Of a DNA stretch of 64,000 nucleotides, positions 53,062 through 64,000 are shown in pieces. Below the pieces are notes generated by a model. That model saw nothing but the letters and a program-made list of their open reading frames with translations. It did no database searches and was not told the DNA's origin. The first letter of the stretch is position 1; each line of letters starts with the position of its first letter. The position numbers were made by a program, and so were the translations under genes. The stretch is taken from positions 1 to 64,000 of the forward strand of contig ADNK01001701.1 of assembly GCA_000320545.1 (NCBI GenBank), read 5' to 3'. The DNA comes from Bigelowiella natans CCMP2755. Lineage: Eukaryota > Protista > Cercozoa.

Positions 53062-53329
53062 GTCAGGTTTTCCGAGAAAACGATACTGACGGAAATGGTT
53101 GCTTCTTACCTATCGATCACATAAGAAAGAGACAAGAAGAAAGAAAACATGATTGTTGTATCCTCCTCACCACCTTCTCCTCCTTTTTATTTTCTCTCAC
53201 GTTAAACTACACAAATGTTCCAGCCTTAGTGTAAAATATAGGAGCTTACCACCATAGTAGAGTGCAATCTTTTGCCACGCCCCTTAGAAGCGAGGGATGA
53301 AGTTTCGTACAATCTCTCTCTTAAATATT

Positions 53330-53371
<42 letters not shown>

Positions 53372-53622
53372 CTCCCCCCTCCCCTCTCTTTCTCTCTGCA
53401 TCACCAATCATCAGGTGTTATAGATTTAGAGGAATTTTCTTCTTGGATGAAGCCGGTTGTAGTAGTAGTTCTTTGACGGGTGATTGATGATGCATGACCC
53501 TCAATCTTAAGTGAAGAAGAAGAAGAAGAAGAAGAAGAAGAAGAAGAAGAAGAAGAAGAAGACAACGACGATGACATAACACCAGCACAAAGCAAGGCAA
53601 ATACTGACTGGTCCACACCATT

Positions 53623-53657
<35 letters not shown>

Positions 53658-54455
53658 TCTGAATGCAATCTCCCCTTCCTGCAGGAAGATGAGAGGAAGA
53701 TCCCGCTGCCTCTTCTGATGGGGTAGAGAGCATGAAGAACTAAGAATGATAACATTGTTGAGATATTGAACCAAATCATTGAAGTGATGACGTGAATCAG
53801 CTCCTAATTTGTATTCCATTCTGTGCATCATTAGATACATAAAGATGTTATTCGAGGAGTACAAGTCCTTACGCATCAAGCTCGTCCGGAGACAGTAATG
53901 GACACCTTCATCGAGAAGACGGAGGGGGGGAGAGACAGGCAGGGAGAAACAGTGAAAGAGAGAAAAAGAGAGAACAAGAAGAGGAAGAGGAAGAAGAAGA
54001 GAGATGCTGCTATGCTTGTACATTTAGGAGCCTCGTTCTCCTCCCTTCGACTTTCTCAATACTACTACTACTACTACTACTACTACTACCACTACTACTA
54101 CTACCTCTTTACGTGAATATAGGATGCTTAAACTGAGACTAAGAGCAAAGCGAAGAAACGATGGTATGTAATCATGAAGCACGCATATGGAGGGGAGGGG
54201 AGGGGAGGGTTGCACCAATATGGACGATGGAGAGAATGATGCACAACCATCTTCGATCGATGATGACTTTATCGTTCTCATTCATTCAAGAAGAGTAGTA
54301 ATACGATGGTTGGCTTGATTTTCGTGTTCCATGACATGGTTGAACCGGCAAATCGTGGAGGGATTTAGTATTGATATACAAATAAACAAGAAATTATCCT
54401 GTGATTCAACGCAGACATGTTTCCTCACGTCATACCGAGATATGGAAAAACCGTA

Positions 54456-54501
<46 letters not shown>

Positions 54502-55254
54502 ATCATCTTGCTATAAACTTCTTCTTAACTCTTCTTCTTTTTCTTCTTCTTCTTCTTCTTCTCATTATTAGCGGAGGAGAGAATGAAGACGCTCAATTCT
54601 CTTGGCCAAAAGCTCGGAATAAATGCGTATGTTTACTTATTGCTATTGCCAGTCTTCGTTTAGCGCACAGTTGCCGATTTATCATCGCATCGTGACAATT
54701 ATGTTTATCCTCCTCCTCCTCCTCCTCCTCATCGTCTCCATCAAGGTTCACCTCCATCGTTTGTCGCTTTTGCATGAAAACGAAACATCAGTTATTGGAG
54801 TTTCAGTACTGGTGTTTCGCAGGGGTAATTAACAAGGAATCAATCAGCAGTACACCCATCATCATCAACCTCATCATCATCATCATCATCATCATTATCA
54901 TCATCATTATCAATGTCGCACATCGAAGAACATATGTTGTTGTCATTGCATCATCACCGCCAGAACCAACTCTCCCTCCCACCGATGATCCACTTGCTGC
55001 TGGTGCTGTTCCTGCATGTATCATCATCCTAGGGTATGGGGAAGAAGCTCACTCCGGAGATTCTTCATGAGGGTACTGCTACTAGTAGTAGGTGTACTAG
55101 TAGTTGTACTAGTAGTTGTAGCAGCTTGAGTGTGCATCTTCGCACCTCTCACTTGCTGCTGCTGCTGTTTCCAATCTTTGGAATTGTACACATTGATAAC
55201 AACAAACATCTACTACTGCGTCTATTTACTCCTGGTATTTGTACTGCATTCATG

Positions 55255-55293
<39 letters not shown>

Positions 55294-55294
55294 A

Positions 55295-55335
<41 letters not shown>

Positions 55336-55389
55336 AGCAATTGAGCCCTTCATGGTACTGAAACAATTCTCCAACATAAAAGGTATGTG

Positions 55390-55426
<37 letters not shown>

Positions 55427-55518
55427 TTGTACTTTCCTTTGTCAAAGAAGAGAAGAGAGTTGATGATGATGATGATGATGATGATGATAAAGAAGAAGAA
55501 GAAGAAAACACATGAGTT

Positions 55519-55554
<36 letters not shown>

Positions 55555-55772
55555 ATCCTTAGAGCAATTCGTTCAAGAGTTTGGAGAAGAAAAGGTGCTG
55601 TACTTTCTTCAGTGCGAAACAACACCGACCTGATTATGATGATTGGGCCTTCTTCCCCCTCCCCTACCATCTCCCCCCTGACCGCCTCTCCAGGGTAAAA
55701 TCAGTATGAAATTGTTCAAGAGCACAGCAAAGGGGTATCCGTATATCATATGGCCTCTAACGAATCTTCAGG

Positions 55773-55805
<33 letters not shown>

Positions 55806-55990
55806 CTCGTGACGGCAAGTAGCAGAGCATATATTACTCATTTATTTAAGTTTCTTCTCTCTTCTTCTTCTTCTTCTTCTTCTTCTTCTTCTTCTGTTGT
55901 TTCTATTTTTAGGACGCTATGCGTGATGGTACATTTGGGAAAGAAACATGGTCCAACCTCAAAAAGTATGCAACCAGCATTTCAGTGTTA

Positions 55991-56030
<40 letters not shown>

Positions 56031-56199
56031 CGTGATAGAGCGGAGTAGGCAGGAAAAAGCAGCAGGCTTGTTGGAAATACTACAACTAACAAATAGTCGT
56101 TTTTTAGAGAAGCATTGCTGCGTGTGAAGAGAAAGAAAAAGGAAGCTAAGAAAGAGGTGTTTCTTTGTATGGCTGCTGCTGCATCATCGTTCTCCGACA
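52329..56199 (-). CDS. Multi-exon hypothetical protein
   Basis: Exons from MSENDDAAAAIQR.. through GVHYCLRTSLMRKDLYSSNNIFMYLMMHRMEYKLG.. and QYLRERLYET.., to a 150-aa terminal exon ending at 52329. Confidence 0.45.
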
Positions 56200-56363
56200 T
56201 TATCATCATCATCATCATCATCACCATCATCATCATCGTCGCAAGTATTTTTTCTCTCAACTCTACGTCAAACCACAGCAATAGTCGGCAAGAGACATCT
56301 CTTGTGTTGCTCTCAATCCAACGTCGTTATCCTTCTCTCTCTCCCTTTCAGGATCGATTAGCA

Positions 56364-56681
56364 ATGAAGAGCGTACCGAAGCCTCTTCCGGTGTGACTAC
56401 AATTATTACTATTATTATTTCTATACGATGCAGTTGTTTGCTCTGATGAAGTGCTTAACGCACTGCTAATTAATAGTGATTGCTACGTGTGCTTTACATA
56501 TATGTGTGCATAGATTCCTATTGTTTGTCGTTCATTTCATCAAGTCATTGCTATTTTTATATTTTGCGAGTATTAATTACTCACGACATTACTTTGACGG
56601 TTTCACAGCCTCCACCCAAAAAGCCGCTAGGTGTGAGACTTCAGGAGAGGCAGGTTCTCTTATTTTTACCCCCCCCCCCCC

Positions 56682-56716
<35 letters not shown>

Positions 56717-57695
56717 TGGTACACCGGACGATAAGCCATCAGTAGAACATCTCACTATGCTATGCATTTATAGTACCATCAACCATAGCTATTATCAGAG
56801 AGAGAAGAGAATAGCAAAGCGATCGAAGATGTCCAAGGAGCACCTCAAAATGTCCAAAATGAAGGTGGGAAAACAGTGAGGTGTTGTGGGGAGGGGGGGA
56901 GGATGACACACAGTTTGCGCTGATTACATGTGTTTGTGTGTATGTTTGTGTTTGTTATGGTGATTGTTATCATGTAAAATGCTAAATCAGGGCATGCTTG
57001 GAGGAGTCGAGTTCAAAAGGTATATTGTTTACAACTTAAATTCTTATGAAGCCACTGGTGCGCTTTCGTCCGTGCTAAGATCGATCGCAGCCATGTCATT
57101 CCTCCTTCCTTGTCCTTCCTCCCCTCGTTTTTCCTCGTTTCCTTCAATAACCAACACCATCATCACGGGTAGATACCGTATTGACCTGAAGAACTTCAAG
57201 ATGATGGATAAGGTCCTCGATAAACCCAAAAAGGTCAGTGACAAATCTATAGTAGTAATAGTAGTAGTAGTAGTAGTAGTAGTAGTATAAAGGGCTATAA
57301 ATGGCTTCTTCCTCCTCCACGGTAGCAAACAATGGAACTCCTCTACTCGCACTTATGTCTGCTAGCATCGTAACCAAAACTAATCGTACCGTATATCATC
57401 ATGTGCAGTTTTACTCAAGGGTGCTGCAGCAAAACATACGAGACTTCGAGTCAGGCAAGATGGATAAAGATCTCAGAGGGTACTTACTACTACTACCACC
57501 ACCACCACCACCACAACAACAACAACTACTACTACTACTACTTCTCACTGTTTAATGACTATCCCTATGATCGAGCATTCACTAGTAAAAAGGAAGAAAA
57601 AGAGGCAGAAGGGTGGTCAAGCTTCCTTTCTTTGCATTGTTTCGATGTTTCACTGCTAACAGCGTTTGGACACATATCATCATCATCATATGAGT

Positions 57696-57731
<36 letters not shown>

Positions 57732-57852
57732 GTTCTTCGCACTTGTTCTTTTTCATTCAAGGGCTGAGTGGAATGCTCTGCAATCCATGCCAAAAGACCC
57801 GTACATGGATGCAGAGGGTAACCACAGCACTGTTATGACTCGCTCTCGAAGC

Positions 57853-57888
<36 letters not shown>

Positions 57889-58260
57889 TATTATATGTTG
57901 TTGTTATATCATCTAAGTAGTAGTTGTGATATCTGCATGGTGATCATGGATGCACAGAATTGAGTTAATGCTTTTTACAGGCAATGCCATTGTGAGAATT
58001 GAGGAAGCTCCTCTTCGGTCGTTATCAATCTCCTCCTCCTCATCATCATCGTTGTCGTTGTTGTTGTCATCGCAATATTAGTACTGATGCCAATATATTA
58101 TAATCTCGCTCCTTCATATTTCTCTTCGGAGAAGAAAGTAAAGAGACACCGAGAGAGAGGGAGAGAAAGGGGGAGGGAGATAAAGAGAAGTGATCACAAA
58201 TTGCTCTCTCTCCCTCCTCCACCTCCCCCACACAACACATACACACATAATATATATATG

Positions 58261-58299
<39 letters not shown>

Positions 58300-58757
58300 G
58301 GGGGGGTGTATTATTGTGTAAATGTGATGAGTAAGCAACACGTACTTACTGCTTTGCTGCGAAAAGATACGATGCGACGTTGGAAGAGGCCCAGCTTCGG
58401 TCTCGTTTGGCCTTACAGGAGAAGGGGGAGGGAAAGGATGCAGAATTTGAGGTGATTATGATAATGCTACTGCTGCTGCTTTATCGAAATATAAAAACAA
58501 CAGCAAAAGTCTTTTCATTTTCTTTCTTCTTTTCGCGTGAGAAGAAGAAAGAGTCAAACACACAAGTGTCCATCTCTGATCACCATAGCATCATCGTGGC
58601 AGTAGGCGCACATCAATTATGAGCAAGTCATATTGTTTGTTGTGGTGAAGAAGATGAAGATGAGGCATTCATCGTGTGGAGATGGTGGACAGAGAGAGGG
58701 GGGGGAAAGGGTAGCCCATAATTGATTTCTTATCACGATCATCTTACCGTCATTATC

Positions 58758-58791
<34 letters not shown>

Positions 58792-58869
58792 CGATTTACA
58801 TCTCAGAAGCACTTCCACAAACTACAGAAGGAGGCAGAAGCAAAGAAAGTACTACTACTACTACTACTT

Positions 58870-58904
<35 letters not shown>

Positions 58905-60242
58905 ATAACAACAATAACAACAACTACTACTACTGCAAAAACAACAACGGGAGACTATTACTCCTATACTATACTACCATCAACTACACGCTACCAAGTA
59001 CTTCATCTATTTTCTATTGAGATAAGTAAGAAGATAAACAAAAGGAAGGACTGAATTCCTTCTTCTACTTCTCTCCAATTTCTGGATCCTTCACATTCCT
59101 CATCGTACGTTTAATTGCGCAACAGCGGAAGAAGATAGCTTCCAAGAAGGAGAGCGAAGAAGATGCGATGATGCGCCTAAATGCTCTTCTTAACGCGCCG
59201 TCTCTCGACAATAAGGTTAGTTGTTTGTGTGTGCACAAGCAATGGAGATTGTTGTTGTTGTTGTTGTTATCGTCGTTGAAATCTGCTCTGTCAGTGTATC
59301 CTCCGTATTCTTGGATAAGATAAAGCTTTTTTTTTTTCTCCCGTTATGATCTATTAGCATCATCATCGTCGTCACCAGAATGCTCTCTGTTTTCTCTTCA
59401 GAAACGAAATCGTTTGCAGCCTCTCCAACTTACGAGCGGGAAGAATATCGATGAAGAAGGAGAAGGGAAGGAACACACAAAAAGGGGGGCGGACAAATCG
59501 ACCAAAGCGAGTTCAAATACAGCAGAAAACAGGTCATCATTATCATCATCCTCCTCCTCCTCCATGATCGTTACTATGAATCATCAAGTCTCATATTATG
59601 ATTTGTATCACTCTTGGTCACTTATCAAATGTATGCTAAATAGTAGGAGAGGCCCTGCACAAGCGCCGCTACTTAAAAGAACGGATGCTTCGAGGAATTT
59701 GTGTACGTGATGATGAGCATGATGATACTGCTCGTCGCTCCATAACTTATATTTCTGCTGATTGCCTCCGTTAAAGAAAATTTCAGTTTTGGGGAATAAA
59801 AAAAAAATCAAGAGAGAGAGAGAGAGGGGGGGGGGGGGGGGGAAGAGAGAGATCTTGTCCATCTATACCTTACAAATGATCTGCCGTTATAATCGCTCTC
59901 ACACCCATCATCATCATCATCATCATCATTATCATCATAATTGCTGATGAATACTACGTGCTCCTTCTTATTTGTTAGTTGCGGACAAAACGGGGGGACA
60001 GGAGGAGGGGGGGGAGGAAAAGGAGGAAGGCATGGACGACATCAAACACGTCGCTCCTTCTCCTGGCAAAACAAAACAAAAGGACAAACCCGGCAAAAAG
60101 GAGGGAGAGGAGGCGAAACCTGCCTCATCGAAGCCCGCTGGTGGTGGTGGTGGTGGTGGTGGTGGTGTCGCATCATCATCACCATCATCATCGTCGCCAT
60201 CCGTTCACAAAAACATCGTACGAAATACAGCAAGTGCCACTG

Positions 60243-60281
<39 letters not shown>

Positions 60282-60739
60282 TAGGCCAAAGCAATGGTGG
60301 TGAAAAAGATGGAAGAAAATGGCTCGTTGCGCCCGTTCCAACAGCTCCGAGGAGGGGGCGGCGTGGTGGTGGAAAAGGCAGCACTACCTTATCGAGGACG
60401 AGGACGAAGAGGACTCAAGGAGATGAAAAAGAATTAACATCACAAAGAAGTGCTATGGGCCGTAGGAGCGACGTAGTAAACGATGGTAAAAAATGGATTG
60501 TCGCTCCTGTTCCTACAGCCCCGAGAAGGGGCCGACGGCGTGGTGGTGGTGGTGGTGGAAAAACCAACAATACCAAAAGAAATGAAAGTCCTGGCACCTT
60601 TGAAAAGGCAGCAGCAGCTTATAGAGGAAGAGGAAGAGGGAGAGGGAGAGGGAGGCTGAACCCTGTGAGGGGTCGGAGAGGAAGGGGGAGGATGGGGATG
60701 GCAAGGAGAGGCAGGCAGCGTGGAGGCGGCCGCTCGTGA
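56364..60739 (+). CDS. Multi-exon hypothetical protein with coiled-coil segments and an RG/RGG-rich C-terminus
   Basis: GT-AG exons (MKSVPKPLP, YRIDLKNFKMMDKVLDKPKK, AEWNALQSMPKDPYMDAE, LEEAQLRSRLALQEKGEG..). The long last exon (ORF 59972-60739) ends YRGRGRGRGRGR..GGGRS*. Confidence 0.55.
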
Positions 60740-61434
60740 AAGCTGTCAGAAATGAATATATTAGATGAAGATGATGATGCATGAAGTGTGTGATTTGTAT
60801 GTAAAGAGAAAATTCTAATTTGACTTCGAATTCGAGCTTATTATACAGCTTGATGAAGCTTATGCAAACATGCGATGTACGAATGGTGATCGATCACAAC
60901 TTGCGTGTGAATGAAACACCATACCCCAGCTATTATAGCATGATGTTACAGCAATGCTTCGACTGACCCTGTAAATAAGTAGTGCTTGGTTCAGCCGGTA
61001 TCATTTAATGAATTTATTACAATAGGATAGATGTACGTACATCTCGGCGCGAGCGAGGCTGCGCTGCTTACTCTAGTACTGTTGCGCGGCGTGGAACACA
61101 CATGCTAGCATGTATGTGCTGTTGCGTTAATCCGATAAACAATATGCGCGCAAAAAAAGGGCTCAGTGTTTACATGTTGATCGTAAGCAATGCGCTAGTA
61201 TGGTATTGTAGCCATCCACTGCTGTAGCCGCTGCATTGCACAGCTACATAAGGATGACCATTGAACAAATTTAATTGATTAATTACAACCGTCTTACACT
61301 GCTAGACTGCGCCAAATAAGCATGCATTTATTTAGAATGTAAGCGTTAACTATATGCATATGTATGTATGTGAAACCAAGATGCACATTAATATTTGATT
61401 GAAAAAGCATTCTCTCCCACACCCTTCTCTTTCT

Positions 61435-61472
<38 letters not shown>

Positions 61473-61529
61473 GCTACTCCGGTTTGGATTGTATTTCACA
61501 GTAGCTCAAACTCCTGACGGTGGCGCTAT

Positions 61530-63708
61530 TTACGAAGCGACTTTTTGGTTGAATATCCTTGATATTATCGTGAGAAGAACGGTCGTGCGTGCTATCATTC
61601 GTATTTTAGGTGAATCGCTGCCCTTGTCATCATCATTGCCCTTCCTGGTGCTGAAACAATGTTGTATGGACGAATACAGTAACGGGATTATCATCAGGAA
61701 CAGCAACACCCAACAGACAACACATCGTTTTGCCTGATACCTCCACTCAGCTCTAATCTCGGCGCATATTCTATAAAGAGAACGTAGACAAGAAGCCATC
61801 TAGGGAGAGGGGGGGAAACACCAGACGCAACACAGAAGTAATAAGGCAGGGCGAAAAAGAGAGAAGTAAAGAGGATGAAAAACAACAGATACGTCGTTAT
61901 GGTAACACTCATCTTCCCATTATGCAGCAGGTGAGGCAGCACCAGTTGCATACGATTACATCATATGAGTTATATATTACACAATGAACGATTGTTGATT
62001 AGCTATTACAGTGCTGCTGCTGATGTTGACTACTGACCTCAGAATCGATTGGTTTTTCCAAGTGTGCTAATAGAGAATAGATCCATGCCCCGCTATTACC
62101 TGAAAGCCCCGCAACATTCATTTTTTCGTCTTTCGCCTTGTTGTCTGCACTTGGATCCTCTGCATGCTGCTGCTGCTGCTGCTGCTTTCTCGTGCCCCCC
62201 CCTTCTTTCTCTAGCTGCTGTTTCTGCTGCCTTTTCTTTAGCTCAGCCACGAGAGCGCGGATTGCCGTACAAATCGCCACATGGTCCATACGACTGATGT
62301 ACTATAATAACAGCAGCAGCAGCAGCAGCAGCAGCAGTACCAGAAAGTAGTTAGTATTTGTCGCATTTTAATATTTGAGATACCGCGTGGTTCTTCACTG
62401 TGGTATGTGCATACTTGGAAAAACGGAGGAGTGGTGACAATATGTAAGTCGATAATGTGAACGAATTGAGGGAGATGATGGGTGGTCCAATGAGAAACAA
62501 CGCACAAACGCACAAACGCACAAACGCACAAACGCACGCACCCACGTACCACACGCAGACAGACAGTACATTGTTCCAGAATTCTTTTGCAATACGAATA
62601 GCTCGTAATCATCATCATCATTGCTTGATTCATTTATTTCCAAATCCAATTCTCATCTCTCCATTCTTCTTCTCACCGATAACAAAGGGCGACGTTGTTG
62701 CCGTCGTTGCCTTGCACTTGTCCGCTTCTGCCTGAGCATTCTTAATGTTTCAGACACGCCGCCCCCCTTACGCAGCTTCTGGTCGCCATTTTCTTCCTTC
62801 TTGTGGTGTTTATCATCATCACCATCATCATTACCCCCGTCGTTATCATCCCTGCCATTATCGTCAGATGTCCAACAGAAGTCAGCCCACGAGCTCTCGT
62901 CGTGAGATGATGGCAGTTGATTGACTGTATCATCATCATCATCACCGTCCTCGTCAGTTTGGCCTCCATTTTTGCCGTCAAAGCGCCATTCCTTGGTGAG
63001 CTGCTGCTGCATCTTCTTCTTCCTTGCTTTGAGTAATTGGGCTTTGTTTCTCTTCTTGCTGTACCTAGCCAGGGCTTGCCTGCCGATAGTGTCGTCTTCA
63101 GAAGATTATAATTGATGTACTACTTGAAGCTAACAAAACAAACCAGTGCCAGGGCCGGCAAAACAATTTGCTGCAACTACTACAACTACTACCTGAGGCC
63201 AGCGAACTCGTAAGCGGCGGTATCCTCCCATTGGCAAGTGGGAAGATACTCAGGTGGGCAGCTAGCAGCTGGTGGGAGCAACCTCATGTATACGCTCTAC
63301 CAGAATTAGAGCGAGGACAACAGAAGAGAAGGAACGAACGATTAATAATGATGTCAACGACATTGCATGACCCAGACCGCCACCCTCCATCTTACCTCCT
63401 GTTCATAAAATAATCAATAACGGGAACCACCTGCTTCTTTATCTTCTTGTGGTCAATCTTCGAGATAACCACCTAAATACATTCGCACAGACGTGGGTGT
63501 TTGTGTATTCTCATTCCCTCCTCGGGTGTGAAAATACAAATGATGAGTTCATAACATAATATAGCAACACCTTCGGCAGTTGTTGAGCTTCATGCCGTAC
63601 CCTCCGTAAGTATTCCATTGCATCGCCAGGAGGCCCAGATTCGAAATTGGGGTTCCCCCGGACAAAGAAGGCAGGCCGTAGCAGGTCGTCGGCCATCACC
63701 TTCCGCAT
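61530..63708 (-). CDS. GEMIN2: Gemin2 / SIP1 (SMN complex), multi-exon
   Basis: GPPGDAMEYLRRVRHEAQQLPKV; AWIYSLLAHLEKPIDSE/MASCLRSLYRICAEIR; TTVLLTIISRIFNQ. These are the diagnostic Gemin2 blocks. Confidence 0.92.
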
Positions 63709-63874
63709 TGTCTTGGTTTTTTTTGCAAAAAGTGGTATTTTCGCCTTAATTTACGACGAAATGGGACCCAATTAAAGGATATCTGTCGATCATTGCTCGG
63801 CAATCAGCGACCTCAATCATTCGGTGAGTCCTCTGCTCTGCTTGCAGCTCAAGGCCATCAAGTTTCTTTCTTTC

Positions 63875-63935
63875 TTTCGAAGCACTGCGTTTCGCACTTT
63901 GCAAGGGCCATGCAACACTTTGGAGATGTGGCCTA
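63875..63935 (+). mobile_element. Isolated 3'-terminal unit of the same LINE family (copy D)
   Basis: TCGAAGCACTGCGTTTCGCACTTTGCAAG..TGCAACACTTTGGAGATGTGG aligns with the units at 1733, 42201 and 49731. Confidence 0.6.
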
Positions 63936-64000
63936 CAACGTTTATTTCTTTCATCACTTCATCGCAGGTTCTTTTCGAAAGCTAGTCGCATGCACTGGTG

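Larger units (their letters stand above)
7500..62950. repeat. Abundant intronic microsatellites ((TA)n, (AG)n, (CA)n, (CAT)n, (TAG)n, (CCT)n)
   Basis: Dozens of runs, e.g. (AG) ~7607-7642, (TA) ~8704-8734, (CA) ~9605-9636. They are concentrated in the introns of the long genes. Confidence 0.95.

Noticed and set aside
17607-63708. Functional cluster of snRNP-related genes (U1A/U2B'', Gemin2, RG-rich protein)
   Set aside because: The genes are 40+ kb apart with unrelated genes between them, which is consistent with chance.
1-64000. The many short ORFs with poly-YI, -SL, -RE, -HT, -H, -D or -M tracts in the ORF track
   Set aside because: They are translations of intronic microsatellites, not genes.

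Overview
This is eukaryotic nuclear DNA, not prokaryotic. It is gene-dense, with many short GT-AG introns often filled with ~30-40 nt microsatellites. A chlorarachniophyte-like or other protist host is only a guess. Recognisable spliced genes are an amidase-signature enzyme, RPS26/eS26, U1A/U2B'' (SNRPA/SNRPB2), a calcineurin-like metallophosphoesterase, a PIS1-like CDP-alcohol phosphatidyltransferase, an NHL-repeat protein, TAF11 and Gemin2, plus several hypothetical genes. One unusual intronless divergent pair consists of a 513-aa orphan and a vWA/alpha-kinase. The most striking signal is non-coding: about 11 sharply bounded intergenic islands where TpA is strongly depleted (almost absent in the clearest ones) except within CTAG, while CA/TG/TGCA/CATG are enriched and CpG is retained. 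Several islands carry 3' remnants of one non-LTR (LINE) retrotransposon family. Aligning the copies shows the same site as TA, CA or TG in different copies, plus short CTAG/GCATGC palindromic micro-insertions. This suggests a repeat-directed TpA->TpG/CpA (A:T->G:C) hypermutation process, analogous to fungal RIP but chemically opposite. A hAT-like MITE with 15-bp perfect TIRs is also present. Exon boundaries were read by eye, so coordinates of multi-exon genes are spans and partly approximate.
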